57,803 nt of DNA from a virus (taxonomy: Duplodnaviria > Caudoviricetes), in the IMG/VR virus record IMGVR_UViG_3300037422_000254, positions 1 through 57,803 of that record; one strand, given 5' to 3'. Of the stretch, positions 18,606-28,561 are shown piece by piece (the first letter of the stretch is position 1; every line of letters starts with the position of its first letter). The notes below the pieces were generated by a model. The model saw nothing but the letters and a program-made list of their open reading frames with translations. It made no database searches and was not told the DNA's origin. A program made the translations under genes and the position numbers.

Positions 18606-18616
18606 GGAGGTGATTC

Positions 18617-19240
18617 ATGGAGAGTTCGGATCTTCCCTTCGAGATTGGTTCGACTTTCTTCAACGGAACGTCGATCATCGCCGACGTGAACAAACTGAAC
18701 CTTGGCGCCGAATTCCAAGTGCCGGACTCGAAGTTCGGCCTTGCGACCGGCCGGCTAGTCACGGTGCGGATGGTGCGGAACACCTCCGGCGGGACGCTGT
18801 ATCCCAGTCTTGGCGTCCACTTCGACGAAACCGTTTCGAGCTACCCTTACGGAACGGCCGTCGGTGGAAGCCCTGGCGCTGGTCACAGTTTTTCAACCAC
18901 AAAACCGATAGGGATTGTCGATCCAGCATTGCCGGCGGCTGGCGTGGCCAACAATGACATCTTCTGGATTGTTGTCGAAGGCCCAGCCATGGGCAAGACC
19001 GGCCATACGATTGCTCCGGCGATCGCAGTTGGCGATCTTGTTCAGGCGTTTTCGACCACATCCGGCGGAACGACTGGCAATGGCGCTGGCGCTGTTGGCC
19101 GATTCACGTCAATCGCCCAAGGAGCTACAACCGGCGCGATCGACCAACTTAATTCTTTGTGGGGTCGGGCCATGAGCGCGGCGACAACCAACAACACACA
19201 TACGCTGACGCTCATCGATCTGAAACGGACGTTCGGGTAA
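18617..19240 (+). CDS. Capsid decoration/cement-like protein
   Basis: G/T/A-rich beta protein after capsid gene; DIFWIVVEGP. Confidence 0.6.
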   Translation: MESSDLPFEIGSTFFNGTSIIADVNKLNLGAEFQVPDSKFGLATGRLVTVRMVRNTSGGTLYPSLGVHFDETVSSYPYGTAVGGSPGAGHSFSTTKPIGIVDPALPAAGVANNDIFWIVVEGPAMGKTGHTIAPAIAVGDLVQAFSTTSGGTTGNGAGAVGRFTSIAQGATTGAIDQLNSLWGRAMSAATTNNTHTLTLIDLKRTFG

Positions 19241-19302
19241 GACACCGAGGGCTGGGGCGGAATGGAATCCGCCCCTGGCCTTCGACCCTTTTGGAGCCAT
19301 TC

Positions 19303-20271
19303 GTGAAAGAGCAATATCGGGTCATGGTGGCCCGCTTCCCTGGCAACAATTCTGAGCATCCCGCTTCGAGCGAATACGCGGCCAATTTGCGGCTTCGGCT
19401 TCGTGATGATCCGCGGGTAGAGAGCGCCGACAGTTGGTATCTGGCCGACACACCGATCACCATGACCCGCAACCGGTGTGTGCAGGACGCCATCAAGGCC
19501 GGCATCGACATCCTGGTGATGATCGACAGCGACATGGCGCCAGACATTATCGGTCACGCCGAAAAGGCGTTCTGGCCCGACGCGTTCGATTTCATCCGAT
19601 CGCGGTGGAATCACTGCCCGACTATCGTCGGCGCGCCCTACGTCGGCCCCAGGCCGTCGGAGAACATCTACGTGTTTCGGTGGAGAACCAAGCTGTCTGA
19701 TTCCCTTGATCCGCACTTCTCGCTTGAGCAATACACGCGGGAAGAGGCTGCGATTCGATCGGGAGTTGAAGAGGTTGCGGCGTTGCCGACCGGTCTTGTG
19801 GCCATCGACATGCGGCTGTTCACAGGCTTCAAACATCTGGTGACCGGCGAGACGGTCAAGATGAAGTCTCCGTACTTCTACTACGAGTGGAAGGACGAGA
19901 CGCAGAGCGACAAGGCATCGACCGAGGACGTGACATTCACGCGGGACGCCAATCTGCTGTTTCGCGCGGCCGGCATCGGTCATGTTTGCTATTGCAATTG
20001 GGATTCTTGGGCGATCCACATGAAATTGACGCCGTGCATGAGGCCCAAGGTGATTTCGAGCGAGTCGGTTAGCGAACAGCTTCGCAACGTGGTGTTGCAA
20101 GGCGAGAAGGCCGGGAACAGCCGCTTGCAGTTCATGGGCGAAGGGTTGCCAAAAATGCCGGCCCCGCAAACGCCGTGCCCGGCTTCGCGAGACAAAATTG
20201 AGCCGAACGGCTGGAAAAACCGGCTTGCTCCTGGCCAGAACGGGATTCCTTTGGTTCCGCTTGAGAGATAA
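19303..20271 (+). CDS. Glycosyltransferase, GT-A fold (GT2-like)
   Basis: ITMTRN..DILVMIDSD (DxD)..TGLVAID..STEDVTFTR..H. Confidence 0.75.
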   Translation: MKEQYRVMVARFPGNNSEHPASSEYAANLRLRLRDDPRVESADSWYLADTPITMTRNRCVQDAIKAGIDILVMIDSDMAPDIIGHAEKAFWPDAFDFIRSRWNHCPTIVGAPYVGPRPSENIYVFRWRTKLSDSLDPHFSLEQYTREEAAIRSGVEEVAALPTGLVAIDMRLFTGFKHLVTGETVKMKSPYFYYEWKDETQSDKASTEDVTFTRDANLLFRAAGIGHVCYCNWDSWAIHMKLTPCMRPKVISSESVSEQLRNVVLQGEKAGNSRLQFMGEGLPKMPAPQTPCPASRDKIEPNGWKNRLAPGQNGIPLVPLER

Positions 20272-20274
20272 CAG

Positions 20275-20571
20275 ATGGCGAACGAAGTCTATCACACGCG
20301 ATTCGAGAATCCGGGGATTTCGGTCCATGCCGCGACAAACAACGTCGGCTCATTCGTGGCGGTCCCAAGCCTGCCCGCCCAGGTGCTTCAGTTCAGCACG
20401 CCGGTGACGAATGTGAGCGCTATTTTCCTTGGCGTGGGATCGACCGCGACGACAGGTATCAATTTTTCGCCGGGCAAGGTGGGCGATTTTCTGCCGATCA
20501 CGAACGCCAACCTGTATTCGTGGATGTCACAGACGACGGGCGATAAGCTGGAACTACACGCGCTGAGGTAA
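20275..20571 (+). CDS. Small virion-module protein
   Basis: In operon; beta-rich. Confidence 0.6.
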   Translation: MANEVYHTRFENPGISVHAATNNVGSFVAVPSLPAQVLQFSTPVTNVSAIFLGVGSTATTGINFSPGKVGDFLPITNANLYSWMSQTTGDKLELHALR

Positions 20572-20574
20572 TAC

Positions 20575-21702
20575 ATGGTCACGACCGTGGATGACCTGGC
20601 GACACATTTACGCGATTTCCTTGGCGCGGACGCCACCACACAGGCGAGTCGTCGAATCCAAAAGGCGATCCGCGACGCGCTGCTCGACATGTCCACCTAC
20701 TGCCGGTGGTCCTACTACTATTCTCACGGTCGAATCAACACGGACGCATCTTTTGCGCTGGGGACGGTCACGTTCGATTTTTCGACCAAAACGTTGACGT
20801 TTTCCGCTTCGGTCCCTTCGTGGATCGGGAGCGGGACAATCACGATCAATTCGGTGGGCTACCCGATCACGGAACGAATATCGCCGTTTAACGCCACGCT
20901 ATCGCAGCCGTTCATGCCGCAATCGTCGATCACCACCGGAGTTCCGTTCGAGGTCTACCACGATAGCTATTTGCTGCCGGCCGATTTCACGCAAATTGAT
21001 GCGCCACATTTCGAGGTCGATGGGTTCAGCCTGAATTACGTTCATCCGACAGAATGGTTGCGGGTGCAGCGATACGATCAAGCGGGCGGGTTGCCGGAAA
21101 TTTACACGGTGACTGGTGATCCCGACAATCCTGGCCGGTTTGTGTTTCGGATGTACCCTCATCCGGTTGAGGTAAAGACAATCGACTTTTTCTATCGCCG
21201 AACACCGAAAGAACTTAGGACGACGAAGTATTCGGACGGACAGGTGGCTACGACGGCGGCGTCGGTGGTGATTACAGGAACGAATACGGTCTGGACACAG
21301 GCGATGGTTGGGAGCGTGATTCGGCTTTCGGCCGATTCGGTATCCGAGCCTACCGACTTTGACGGAGCGAACCCCTACGAATTCGAGTTTTTCATCAAGT
21401 CGGTCGATTCGGCCACGCAATTGACGGTGTACGGCGCGCCGAGCGTGACACGGAGCGGGATTAAGTACGTCATCAGCGACCATATCGACATTGACGACAA
21501 AACAATGTTGCGAGCCTTTCGCCGAAACTGCGAACGGCAAGTAGCGTTCGGGTTCAACATGGAGAGCCGCGCGGCCATTGACGCCGAATACAAGGAATCG
21601 CTATACCAAGCGATGGAGGCCGATCAGCGGTCATTCCAGACGCGGCGGATCGGTTCGACCAATCCGTTTAGGCGGTTTATCTACGGAGGGGACTCGCCAT
21701 AA
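20575..21702 (+). CDS. Head-tail adaptor-like protein
   Basis: N-terminal helices, YLLPADF, GLPEIY, RMYPHP motifs typical of podovirus adaptors. Confidence 0.65.
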   Translation: MVTTVDDLATHLRDFLGADATTQASRRIQKAIRDALLDMSTYCRWSYYYSHGRINTDASFALGTVTFDFSTKTLTFSASVPSWIGSGTITINSVGYPITERISPFNATLSQPFMPQSSITTGVPFEVYHDSYLLPADFTQIDAPHFEVDGFSLNYVHPTEWLRVQRYDQAGGLPEIYTVTGDPDNPGRFVFRMYPHPVEVKTIDFFYRRTPKELRTTKYSDGQVATTAASVVITGTNTVWTQAMVGSVIRLSADSVSEPTDFDGANPYEFEFFIKSVDSATQLTVYGAPSVTRSGIKYVISDHIDIDDKTMLRAFRRNCERQVAFGFNMESRAAIDAEYKESLYQAMEADQRSFQTRRIGSTNPFRRFIYGGDSP

Positions 21703-21887
21703 TGGAACAGGCGAAACCGCAAGCCGAGGTTGGCGACTTCCCAGGCTTGCAGACAAACGCGGACCCCGACGATCTTCCGGCTGGCGCCTCGACCCAGCAA
21801 GTCAACGTGTCGTCGTTGGTGCCGGGCGAGTTGAGGGTCCGCCGAGGTCTGAGACAGGTGAGATTCGGGATCTTGGTGAATGTCTGA
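21702..21887 (+). CDS. Small tail-module protein
   Basis: DFPGL..DP..NV..GELRVRRG resembles the N-terminus of tail stabilisation proteins. Confidence 0.55.
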   Translation: MEQAKPQAEVGDFPGLQTNADPDDLPAGASTQQVNVSSLVPGELRVRRGLRQVRFGILVNV

Positions 21888-22425
21888 TTTTCTCGGATTC
21901 TTTGGCTCATCGGTCGGAAATGTCGCGGCCGGTATAATCCAAACGGCGAATGATGCCGCCGTGCCGGTGGATGCGGATATTTTTCCGACGTTCAAGATTT
22001 ACGAAGCGGGAGGGACCGCGATGGCCAACGGCACGGGGACGGCCGTGTACCTTGAGGAAAAAGCCATCACGGGAGCAACAAACGCCTCGCCGATCGTGAT
22101 TACCAGCGCAGGGCATGGATTGCTGACCGGGATGCGGGTGACCGTTTCTGGCGTGTTGGGCAACACGAACGCGAATGGGTCTTGGACGGTGACCGTAATT
22201 GACGCGAACACGTTCAGCCTTCAGGGATCTACCGGGAACGGCACTTACACTGGCGGCGGGCTTTGGCATCGGGTGGGGCTGTACAAGTGGAGCAAGACGC
22301 TCAATGTCGGCGATGGGTATGCGGCGGGAAAGACGTACATTGTGGTGGGTAATGCGCTGGTGACGGACCAGCAATCCATTCAGCGGGCGGTTACGGACGC
22401 GGACACGTTTCAGTTTGTTGGGTAA
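21880..22425 (+). CDS. Tail-associated protein with FCCH-like beta module
   Basis: ITGATNASPIVITSAGHGLLTGMRVTVSGV..TVTVIDANTFSL. Confidence 0.7.
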   Translation: MSDFLGFFGSSVGNVAAGIIQTANDAAVPVDADIFPTFKIYEAGGTAMANGTGTAVYLEEKAITGATNASPIVITSAGHGLLTGMRVTVSGVLGNTNANGSWTVTVIDANTFSLQGSTGNGTYTGGGLWHRVGLYKWSKTLNVGDGYAAGKTYIVVGNALVTDQQSIQRAVTDADTFQFVG

Positions 22426-22428
22426 ACG

Positions 22429-24684
22429 ATGAAGTTGCAGCCGTTCAATTCGAGTTCGATTTCCGCCCTCGCCGGCGTGACGATCGTAAACGCGCAGCTT
22501 GGTCAGATTCTGGTCTATGACACGAACGCGCCGAACGCGAATACGTGGAAGAACGTTTTCCCGTATGACGCGATCGCGAAGATCGTGACGACCGGCTCGA
22601 CAGTGAATGACGTTCAGACGCTTGGCGCTCACAAGACGTGGTCAGTGATTCCGAGTGGATCGGCCATCACAATCAAGAACAATACGGATATCGGATTCTT
22701 TACGGTATCGGCCCCATCGACGCCGTTCACTGGCCAAAACATCATCGCGGTTCCGAAAGAGAACCACAAAGAGGGCCAGTACATCCAGGTCATCAGCGGG
22801 TCGCCGACGAGTCAAGCCCGCTTCAATAACCTCGAAGTCGATTCGTGGCGATTGGAAGCCAACGGCGCGACCGGGGTGAAGCTCGTTCCGGTCGGCGATT
22901 ACAACGCTGGTGTGCAGTCCGGCAAAATCAACATTGACAAGAAGGTGATTGAGTTTTCGACAGCGCCAACGTTCACGTTTGCGGGGGGTGACACGGCCAC
23001 GACCGCAGTAATTTACGCCCAAGAGGCGAGTGGTCTGGTAACGATTGGATTCGAGACCGGGCTTCCGGCCAGCGGTGGCGATTTGACAACGCACAAAGTC
23101 CGTAGCGGCCCAACGCCATCCAAGCGATTTGTGGGAATTTGCAGCGTCGCTTCAGGCCAAGTTTCGGGGGTGCTATCCGCTAGAAACCGAAAGATTAGGC
23201 CGTTAGTGAACGATTGCCGCTTGGCGATTGGATTCAACTATTCGAGTGGCGGGAGTAGTCCTTGGGGAACGAGCGGCGCGCCGGCGGCTGTGCCGACGGT
23301 GGATTTGCCAAGGCGAATTGGCCGGTCAACCGCGTCACCACTTAATGACCCTGCGGTATCAATTCCTTTTGACGTGAATCAAATATCGAATGTCACTGGG
23401 TATCCTACAAGCGGCTCTCCGTCGGGGCCAATCACTGTGACCACGACAGTTCCTCATGGGCTTACCACGGGAATGAAGGTCAGGGTCACAATGACTGGAT
23501 CTGATCGCCCATTGTTTACCGGCGGAACTCCATCTGTTTCAAGCAGCGCTACTGTTGTGACCACGGTAACGGTTTCCTCTTCGACTTCTTTTATCATTGA
23601 CAATGTTATCGGGGTAGGAAGCACTTATGCTGCCGGGTCCAGCAATGGACATTGGACATTAGTAAGCGACACCATTTGGTTATTGCCGTATCATGGCAAC
23701 CGCATGATGATTTTCCCGGCATGGGGCGGCGATGCTTGGACAGAGATCGAAATACCAGACACGGGAATCAGCCTAACTCCGTTATTAGTACCAAACACCA
23801 ATTACGATGTTTTCGCCGTTCCTGAAGGCGGAAAAATCAGGCTGGAGGTTTTGGCGTGGCTTGACAACATTACGAGAAACGCCCCGCTTGCGTCTATTGG
23901 CGGTGTACTGGTTAGATCGCTATTGCTGCCCAACATTTACTTGGGAACTGTTCGCTCGACGGAGACCGACCAGGCCAGTCAGGCGATGTTAGTGGATTCG
24001 TCTAGTCAGCGATGGCTATACAACCACTACAACAGATTGCCAAGAAGGGTTTTTGCTGAATTCCCTTCTTCTCCGGTAACATGGAACTACACTTCGGCGG
24101 CGTGGCGAGGGGCGAATAATGCTCCGTTCACGATTACTGGAGTCACCACAAGTGGCGTCGTAACTACATCCGCGACCCACAACTTAGTTCCTGGCGATTT
24201 AGTGCAAATTGTTGGTGTGACCGGCACGGGATCATTGCCAACGGTAATCAATAGAATTTGGAGTGTTTCCGCAACAACTCCAACGGCGACTACTTTCTCT
24301 GTTGCCGATCCTCCGGGAATGACAGGAACATACTCTTCTGGCGGTACAGCTACCCGCATAAAAACAAGGGTAGAGGTTGTCCAAGGAATACAGGAAGCAA
24401 TAATCAGTCTCGACTTGAAGGGCGCAACGAGGCGAAACGCCGCTGGCCAATTGGCGAGATATTTGGGGATAAGCCGGGACAGCTTAACGTCGATCATTGC
24501 GTCATCGCCACAAAGCAATTCAGGTAACGCTGCGGATGTAGTGCCGAATTCTGTATCGACCAGCGATCAGCCGCCTGTTGGCTGGCATTATTACTCTGCA
24601 ATGGAATACGGTGGCGCTAACATGGAGTTCTACGGAAGTGATCCCGTAACAACCGTCGGCCTGTCCGGCAGATGGGACTGCTAA
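22429..24684 (+). CDS. Tail fibre/receptor-binding protein
   Basis: 751 aa, S/T/G/V-rich, two FCCH-like modules. Confidence 0.7.
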   Translation: MKLQPFNSSSISALAGVTIVNAQLGQILVYDTNAPNANTWKNVFPYDAIAKIVTTGSTVNDVQTLGAHKTWSVIPSGSAITIKNNTDIGFFTVSAPSTPFTGQNIIAVPKENHKEGQYIQVISGSPTSQARFNNLEVDSWRLEANGATGVKLVPVGDYNAGVQSGKINIDKKVIEFSTAPTFTFAGGDTATTAVIYAQEASGLVTIGFETGLPASGGDLTTHKVRSGPTPSKRFVGICSVASGQVSGVLSARNRKIRPLVNDCRLAIGFNYSSGGSSPWGTSGAPAAVPTVDLPRRIGRSTASPLNDPAVSIPFDVNQISNVTGYPTSGSPSGPITVTTTVPHGLTTGMKVRVTMTGSDRPLFTGGTPSVSSSATVVTTVTVSSSTSFIIDNVIGVGSTYAAGSSNGHWTLVSDTIWLLPYHGNRMMIFPAWGGDAWTEIEIPDTGISLTPLLVPNTNYDVFAVPEGGKIRLEVLAWLDNITRNAPLASIGGVLVRSLLLPNIYLGTVRSTETDQASQAMLVDSSSQRWLYNHYNRLPRRVFAEFPSSPVTWNYTSAAWRGANNAPFTITGVTTSGVVTTSATHNLVPGDLVQIVGVTGTGSLPTVINRIWSVSATTPTATTFSVADPPGMTGTYSSGGTATRIKTRVEVVQGIQEAIISLDLKGATRRNAAGQLARYLGISRDSLTSIIASSPQSNSGNAADVVPNSVSTSDQPPVGWHYYSAMEYGGANMEFYGSDPVTTVGLSGRWDC

Positions 24685-24685
24685 C

Positions 24686-25387
24686 ATGCCTTTCCTTGGC
24701 GATGGCTTTCGTCCTGGTGACCGAATTCCGCTTATGCTCTACTGTCTCAACGCCAGTAACACGGAAGTTGTGCCGGCGCCGGGACCATACGCCACAATCT
24801 ATCGGCAGCCGCTTGTCGGCCCCACATCAATTACGGCGGCGGTTGGCACGCCGGGAGTTGGGACGCCCATCAAAATCACGACCGCGACAGCGCATGGGCT
24901 GACGACTGGCCAGCTTGTCGCGATCACGAACACGACCGGGATAACGACGAGCACGCCGTCCCCGTCAGGTTCAATCAATCGTACTTGGCCGGTAACGGTG
25001 GTTGATTCTACGAGCTTTACGCTGGACGGTTCGGCGCTACTGGCGGCATATACCGGTGGAGGCGAAATCACGCCGTTCGACCAGTTCGTGGTCAATCTTC
25101 AGCTTTCGCCGATGGATCTGCTGGACCGGCAAGGGCTGTTTGGGCTGCTATATCAGCTGGACGGAGCGACGTTTACGCCGGCGAAATACATCGTGTCGTA
25201 TTACACAACCTGCGACGGGTTGACGGTCACCGATACGGACTACTTCGAGGTCCGGGCCGGTGGGGACTCGGACGGCAATGTGCTGTCGATGGATTATTGG
25301 ACAAGGCCAGAAGGCGGTGTTATTCTGGCGCAGCTTGCCAGCGGGAAGATCGGCACGGGCGCCAGCCCGGCGGCGATCCAGGGTTAG
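24686..25387 (+). CDS. Tail-associated protein, paralogue of 21880-22425
   Basis: MPFLG start, FCCH-like module, TDTDYF end motif. Confidence 0.65.
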   Translation: MPFLGDGFRPGDRIPLMLYCLNASNTEVVPAPGPYATIYRQPLVGPTSITAAVGTPGVGTPIKITTATAHGLTTGQLVAITNTTGITTSTPSPSGSINRTWPVTVVDSTSFTLDGSALLAAYTGGGEITPFDQFVVNLQLSPMDLLDRQGLFGLLYQLDGATFTPAKYIVSYYTTCDGLTVTDTDYFEVRAGGDSDGNVLSMDYWTRPEGGVILAQLASGKIGTGASPAAIQG

Positions 25388-25389
25388 CA

Positions 25390-26205
25390 ATGGCCGTAAT
25401 CATCCACAACAAATATGGCGACGAGATTTACAACGGGCCGGAGGCAACCGTTAAGGACGCGATTCTTGCGCACCCCGACATTTATCTGATCGGCGCCAAC
25501 TTGTCGAACGCCGATCTGAGCGGATTGGATCTGGCAAGTTTCGATTTAAGGGATTCATTGTTGACCTCGGCTAATTTATCGAATTGTAATTTAACCGGAT
25601 GCAGGCTGGGGAACGTCTCGGCCGTCGGGGCTAATTTCTCTGGATCGACATGCTCCTCGACCATCTTCCGCTTTGGCAATTTCACCGATTCCGATTGCTC
25701 GTCGACTACCATTTCGGTTTCGGGCGCGGATAGCCTTTTGGGGGCTAACTTTTCCGGGGTAGATTTTTCCCGGAGCGTAATCACTGGTCAGGTTGATGGA
25801 TGCGATTGCACTGGCGCGGATTTCACTCTTGCGGATCTGCGAGGAATTTTGGTCGGAAGCAGCCTGACGATGGCTAACGCTGTCATGCGGGGAGCTACGT
25901 TTTCCGGCGGAAACTTTTCCGGGATAAGGTTTACGGGGTTAAACCTTACCCAATGCGATTTCTACGAAGCGGACGTAAGCGACACGGATTTTTCCCATAC
26001 GAATCTTACGGACGCCATTCTTCGTTTTGCTAGAATTTGGGGAAGCAATTTTAGCGAAGCCGATTTGACAAGGGCTGATTTTCGCAAGGCAAATGGCGAA
26101 TTTGTCGGGGCTGGCGCGACGTTCACGGGTTGTAATTTGCGCTATGTGCAAATGTCACAAGAGCAAATAGACGAGGCCGTGGCCGGTGGGGCGATCGTGG
26201 AGTGA
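25390..26205 (+). CDS. Pentapeptide repeat protein
   Basis: ANLSNADLSGLDLAS..ADFT..ADLR..SNFSEADLTRADFR. Confidence 0.88.
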   Translation: MAVIIHNKYGDEIYNGPEATVKDAILAHPDIYLIGANLSNADLSGLDLASFDLRDSLLTSANLSNCNLTGCRLGNVSAVGANFSGSTCSSTIFRFGNFTDSDCSSTTISVSGADSLLGANFSGVDFSRSVITGQVDGCDCTGADFTLADLRGILVGSSLTMANAVMRGATFSGGNFSGIRFTGLNLTQCDFYEADVSDTDFSHTNLTDAILRFARIWGSNFSEADLTRADFRKANGEFVGAGATFTGCNLRYVQMSQEQIDEAVAGGAIVE

Positions 26206-26211
26206 TGAGGC

Positions 26212-28320
26212 GTGAGCGTTCCGAGCACTACGACTGTCACGACACAGCGGGCAACCATGCACCGCGAGTACCCCGTCACGTTCTGCGTCGCCAATCAAAA
26301 CCTAATCCTGGCGGCGAACGGGCTTGAACGCCCGAAACGATGGAACGGCATGGAGGCCAATTTCGATACGGCCGGAATCCTCGGCCCGCAAACCGCCATT
26401 ACGATTCTCGATGACGCGTCATCGCCTGCTGGCGCCATTACGGGTAGCCCGTACTTGGCGTTTGTTCGATTCATGGATGCGGCCGGCAACGTCAGCAATG
26501 TTTCGCCGGCATCCAATCTGATTCCGTCTTTGACGGCCAAGATGATTGTCTATCAAAACGTGGCGATTCCCACAGACACGAAGGTTGTCCGCCGGCAGAT
26601 TCTTAGGAATACCAGCGGGCAGGTGACCGTTCTGTATGTCGATATTGACACGGCGGATCTGACATCGACCCAATTTACATCCAATACCGATGACGCGATG
26701 CTGATTGCCGCCGGCAATCCGGTCACGATAAGCGACACGGACGGATCGACCCTTGTAAACCGATTCGACATTCCGCCAAACAATAAGGCGGTTTTCATTT
26801 CCCATCTATCCCGGATTTTTGGGGCGGTGGAGGTCGTCTACGACAAGGGTCATATCGTCATCAACAATGGTTCGACGCTGGTGACCGGCATCAACACGCG
26901 ATGGACGGCGGAAATGACCGGCCGCAACATCTACGTGTTCGGAGCGCCGCAACCGTTCACCATTGCGAGCGTGAACGTGGCGGCACAAACCCTGACGCTA
27001 ACAACGGCGTATACGGGGTCGTCCGAGTTGGTGGCAATTTACGCCATTCGGCCGACATCGGACAATCAGCGGTCGATCGTCTATTCGGAGGCCGGGTTGC
27101 CGGAGGCGTGGCCCCCGACAAATAGCCTTGTGCTGAACTACACTGGCGACGAGATTACTGGACTAATCTCAAAATCGACTTTCGTGTACATTCTGGAACG
27201 TCGCCACGTTCACAAAATGGCCTACCAAACCGATCCCGCGGATGACGGGACGGTATCGCTTGTGGCCTATCGCGGATGCCTGAATCAGCGGTGTTGGCAA
27301 TCCGTGGACAACGTGTTGTTCCTCTTGGACGGGCAGGGTATATGGGCCTTTGATGGGCAGGGTGGAGCGGACGCCAAGAGCACGAAGGTCCAAGAGATTT
27401 TCCGGCCGGATTCGGTGGGAGCCAAGATCAACTGGAAGGAATCGAAATGGTTTCATTCGTCCCACGATAGGGCAGGCGAAACTTTGCGGTGGTTTGTGGT
27501 GCTGCAAGGGACGGACTATCCGCAACACGCGATTTGTTACAACTATCGCCAAGACCGGTGGTGGATTGAGGAATACCCCATCACGATCACCGCGTCAACG
27601 CTGGCCAGGGTATCGGGAACCTCGGAAGCGCTACGCGGCCTTTTCGGCGGCGAATACGAGCGGTTCTACTTGTCGGAGTTCGGGCACTTTGACAATCTGT
27701 TGCCGATCGGGACGGTGTCTGGTAAGGTCGCGAATCCGTCCGGTGTTCTGGCGACTTCGATCACGCTGACCGACTACACGGCTGATTTCGATAGCGGCGT
27801 GGTGGGCGCCCAAGTTTCGATCGTGGCCGGCAAAGGAAAGGGACAGAGCCGAATTGTCGTGGCGGCGACGCCTACGACGCTGACTATTCGCGACCCGTGG
27901 TTGATTACGCCGGACGCGACCAGTGAATACCATATCGGCGGCGTGCCGTGGAAATGGCGTAGCGGACCGCTCGCGCTGGTTATTGGCGAGCAATGGCAGA
28001 ATCAGGATTTCTGGCTGCGGTTCGAGCCGTCGGAAGGGACAATCGACTTGCAGATTTTCCTTAACCGGAATGAATCGCCGGAGACAATGGGCGTCACGCT
28101 GACCCAACAGGATCAGAATGTCAGAACCCAAAAGGGGTTGCCGGACATTCAATTCGACTTGTCGCAGGATGATGGGTTCCACTACTATCGCCGGATCACT
28201 GGGCTGATTGAAGGCTACACGCACGGTGAGCGGCTAATCACGCTGGATCTTTCCGGGGTCGCAAGGACCAAGCCGGTTCGGGTGCATTCGGTGGCGATCG
28301 GCGGAGTGCTGAATGGCTGA
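26212..28320 (+). CDS. Tail stabilisation/nozzle protein (P22 gp10 / T7 gp12-like)
   Basis: IVYSEAGLPEAWP, GDEITGL, RGC, YNYRQDRWW beta-propeller pattern. Confidence 0.65.
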   Translation: MSVPSTTTVTTQRATMHREYPVTFCVANQNLILAANGLERPKRWNGMEANFDTAGILGPQTAITILDDASSPAGAITGSPYLAFVRFMDAAGNVSNVSPASNLIPSLTAKMIVYQNVAIPTDTKVVRRQILRNTSGQVTVLYVDIDTADLTSTQFTSNTDDAMLIAAGNPVTISDTDGSTLVNRFDIPPNNKAVFISHLSRIFGAVEVVYDKGHIVINNGSTLVTGINTRWTAEMTGRNIYVFGAPQPFTIASVNVAAQTLTLTTAYTGSSELVAIYAIRPTSDNQRSIVYSEAGLPEAWPPTNSLVLNYTGDEITGLISKSTFVYILERRHVHKMAYQTDPADDGTVSLVAYRGCLNQRCWQSVDNVLFLLDGQGIWAFDGQGGADAKSTKVQEIFRPDSVGAKINWKESKWFHSSHDRAGETLRWFVVLQGTDYPQHAICYNYRQDRWWIEEYPITITASTLARVSGTSEALRGLFGGEYERFYLSEFGHFDNLLPIGTVSGKVANPSGVLATSITLTDYTADFDSGVVGAQVSIVAGKGKGQSRIVVAATPTTLTIRDPWLITPDATSEYHIGGVPWKWRSGPLALVIGEQWQNQDFWLRFEPSEGTIDLQIFLNRNESPETMGVTLTQQDQNVRTQKGLPDIQFDLSQDDGFHYYRRITGLIEGYTHGERLITLDLSGVARTKPVRVHSVAIGGVLNG

Positions 28321-28546
28321 CAGCCCATCCATCGCTGGCGAGATTGAGGCGCCACACTGGGAGGGGGCGGACGCTTTGGCGCAACGTCTGGCCCAGTTGT
28401 TCGCAAAGGGGATACCAGTAGCGAACCTGAAGGTGTCCCAGCGGGAAATTACGGTAGTCACGTCTGTTCAACTTGTTGGGGATTTAATCATCGGATATGA
28501 TTTAATCGTAGGGACGGAAACGCTAACTGTGTTGGTTCCCGAATAG
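28313..28546 (+). CDS. Small hypothetical protein
   Basis: Overlaps upstream stop. Confidence 0.5.
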   Translation: MADSPSIAGEIEAPHWEGADALAQRLAQLFAKGIPVANLKVSQREITVVTSVQLVGDLIIGYDLIVGTETLTVLVPE

Positions 28547-28561
28547 GAATAGGGGTGATCC

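Noticed and set aside
12879-20328. Long minus-strand ORFs (490, 695 and 428 aa)
   Set aside because: Antisense shadows of terminase, portal, scaffold and glycosyltransferase genes in high-GC DNA, with no motifs.
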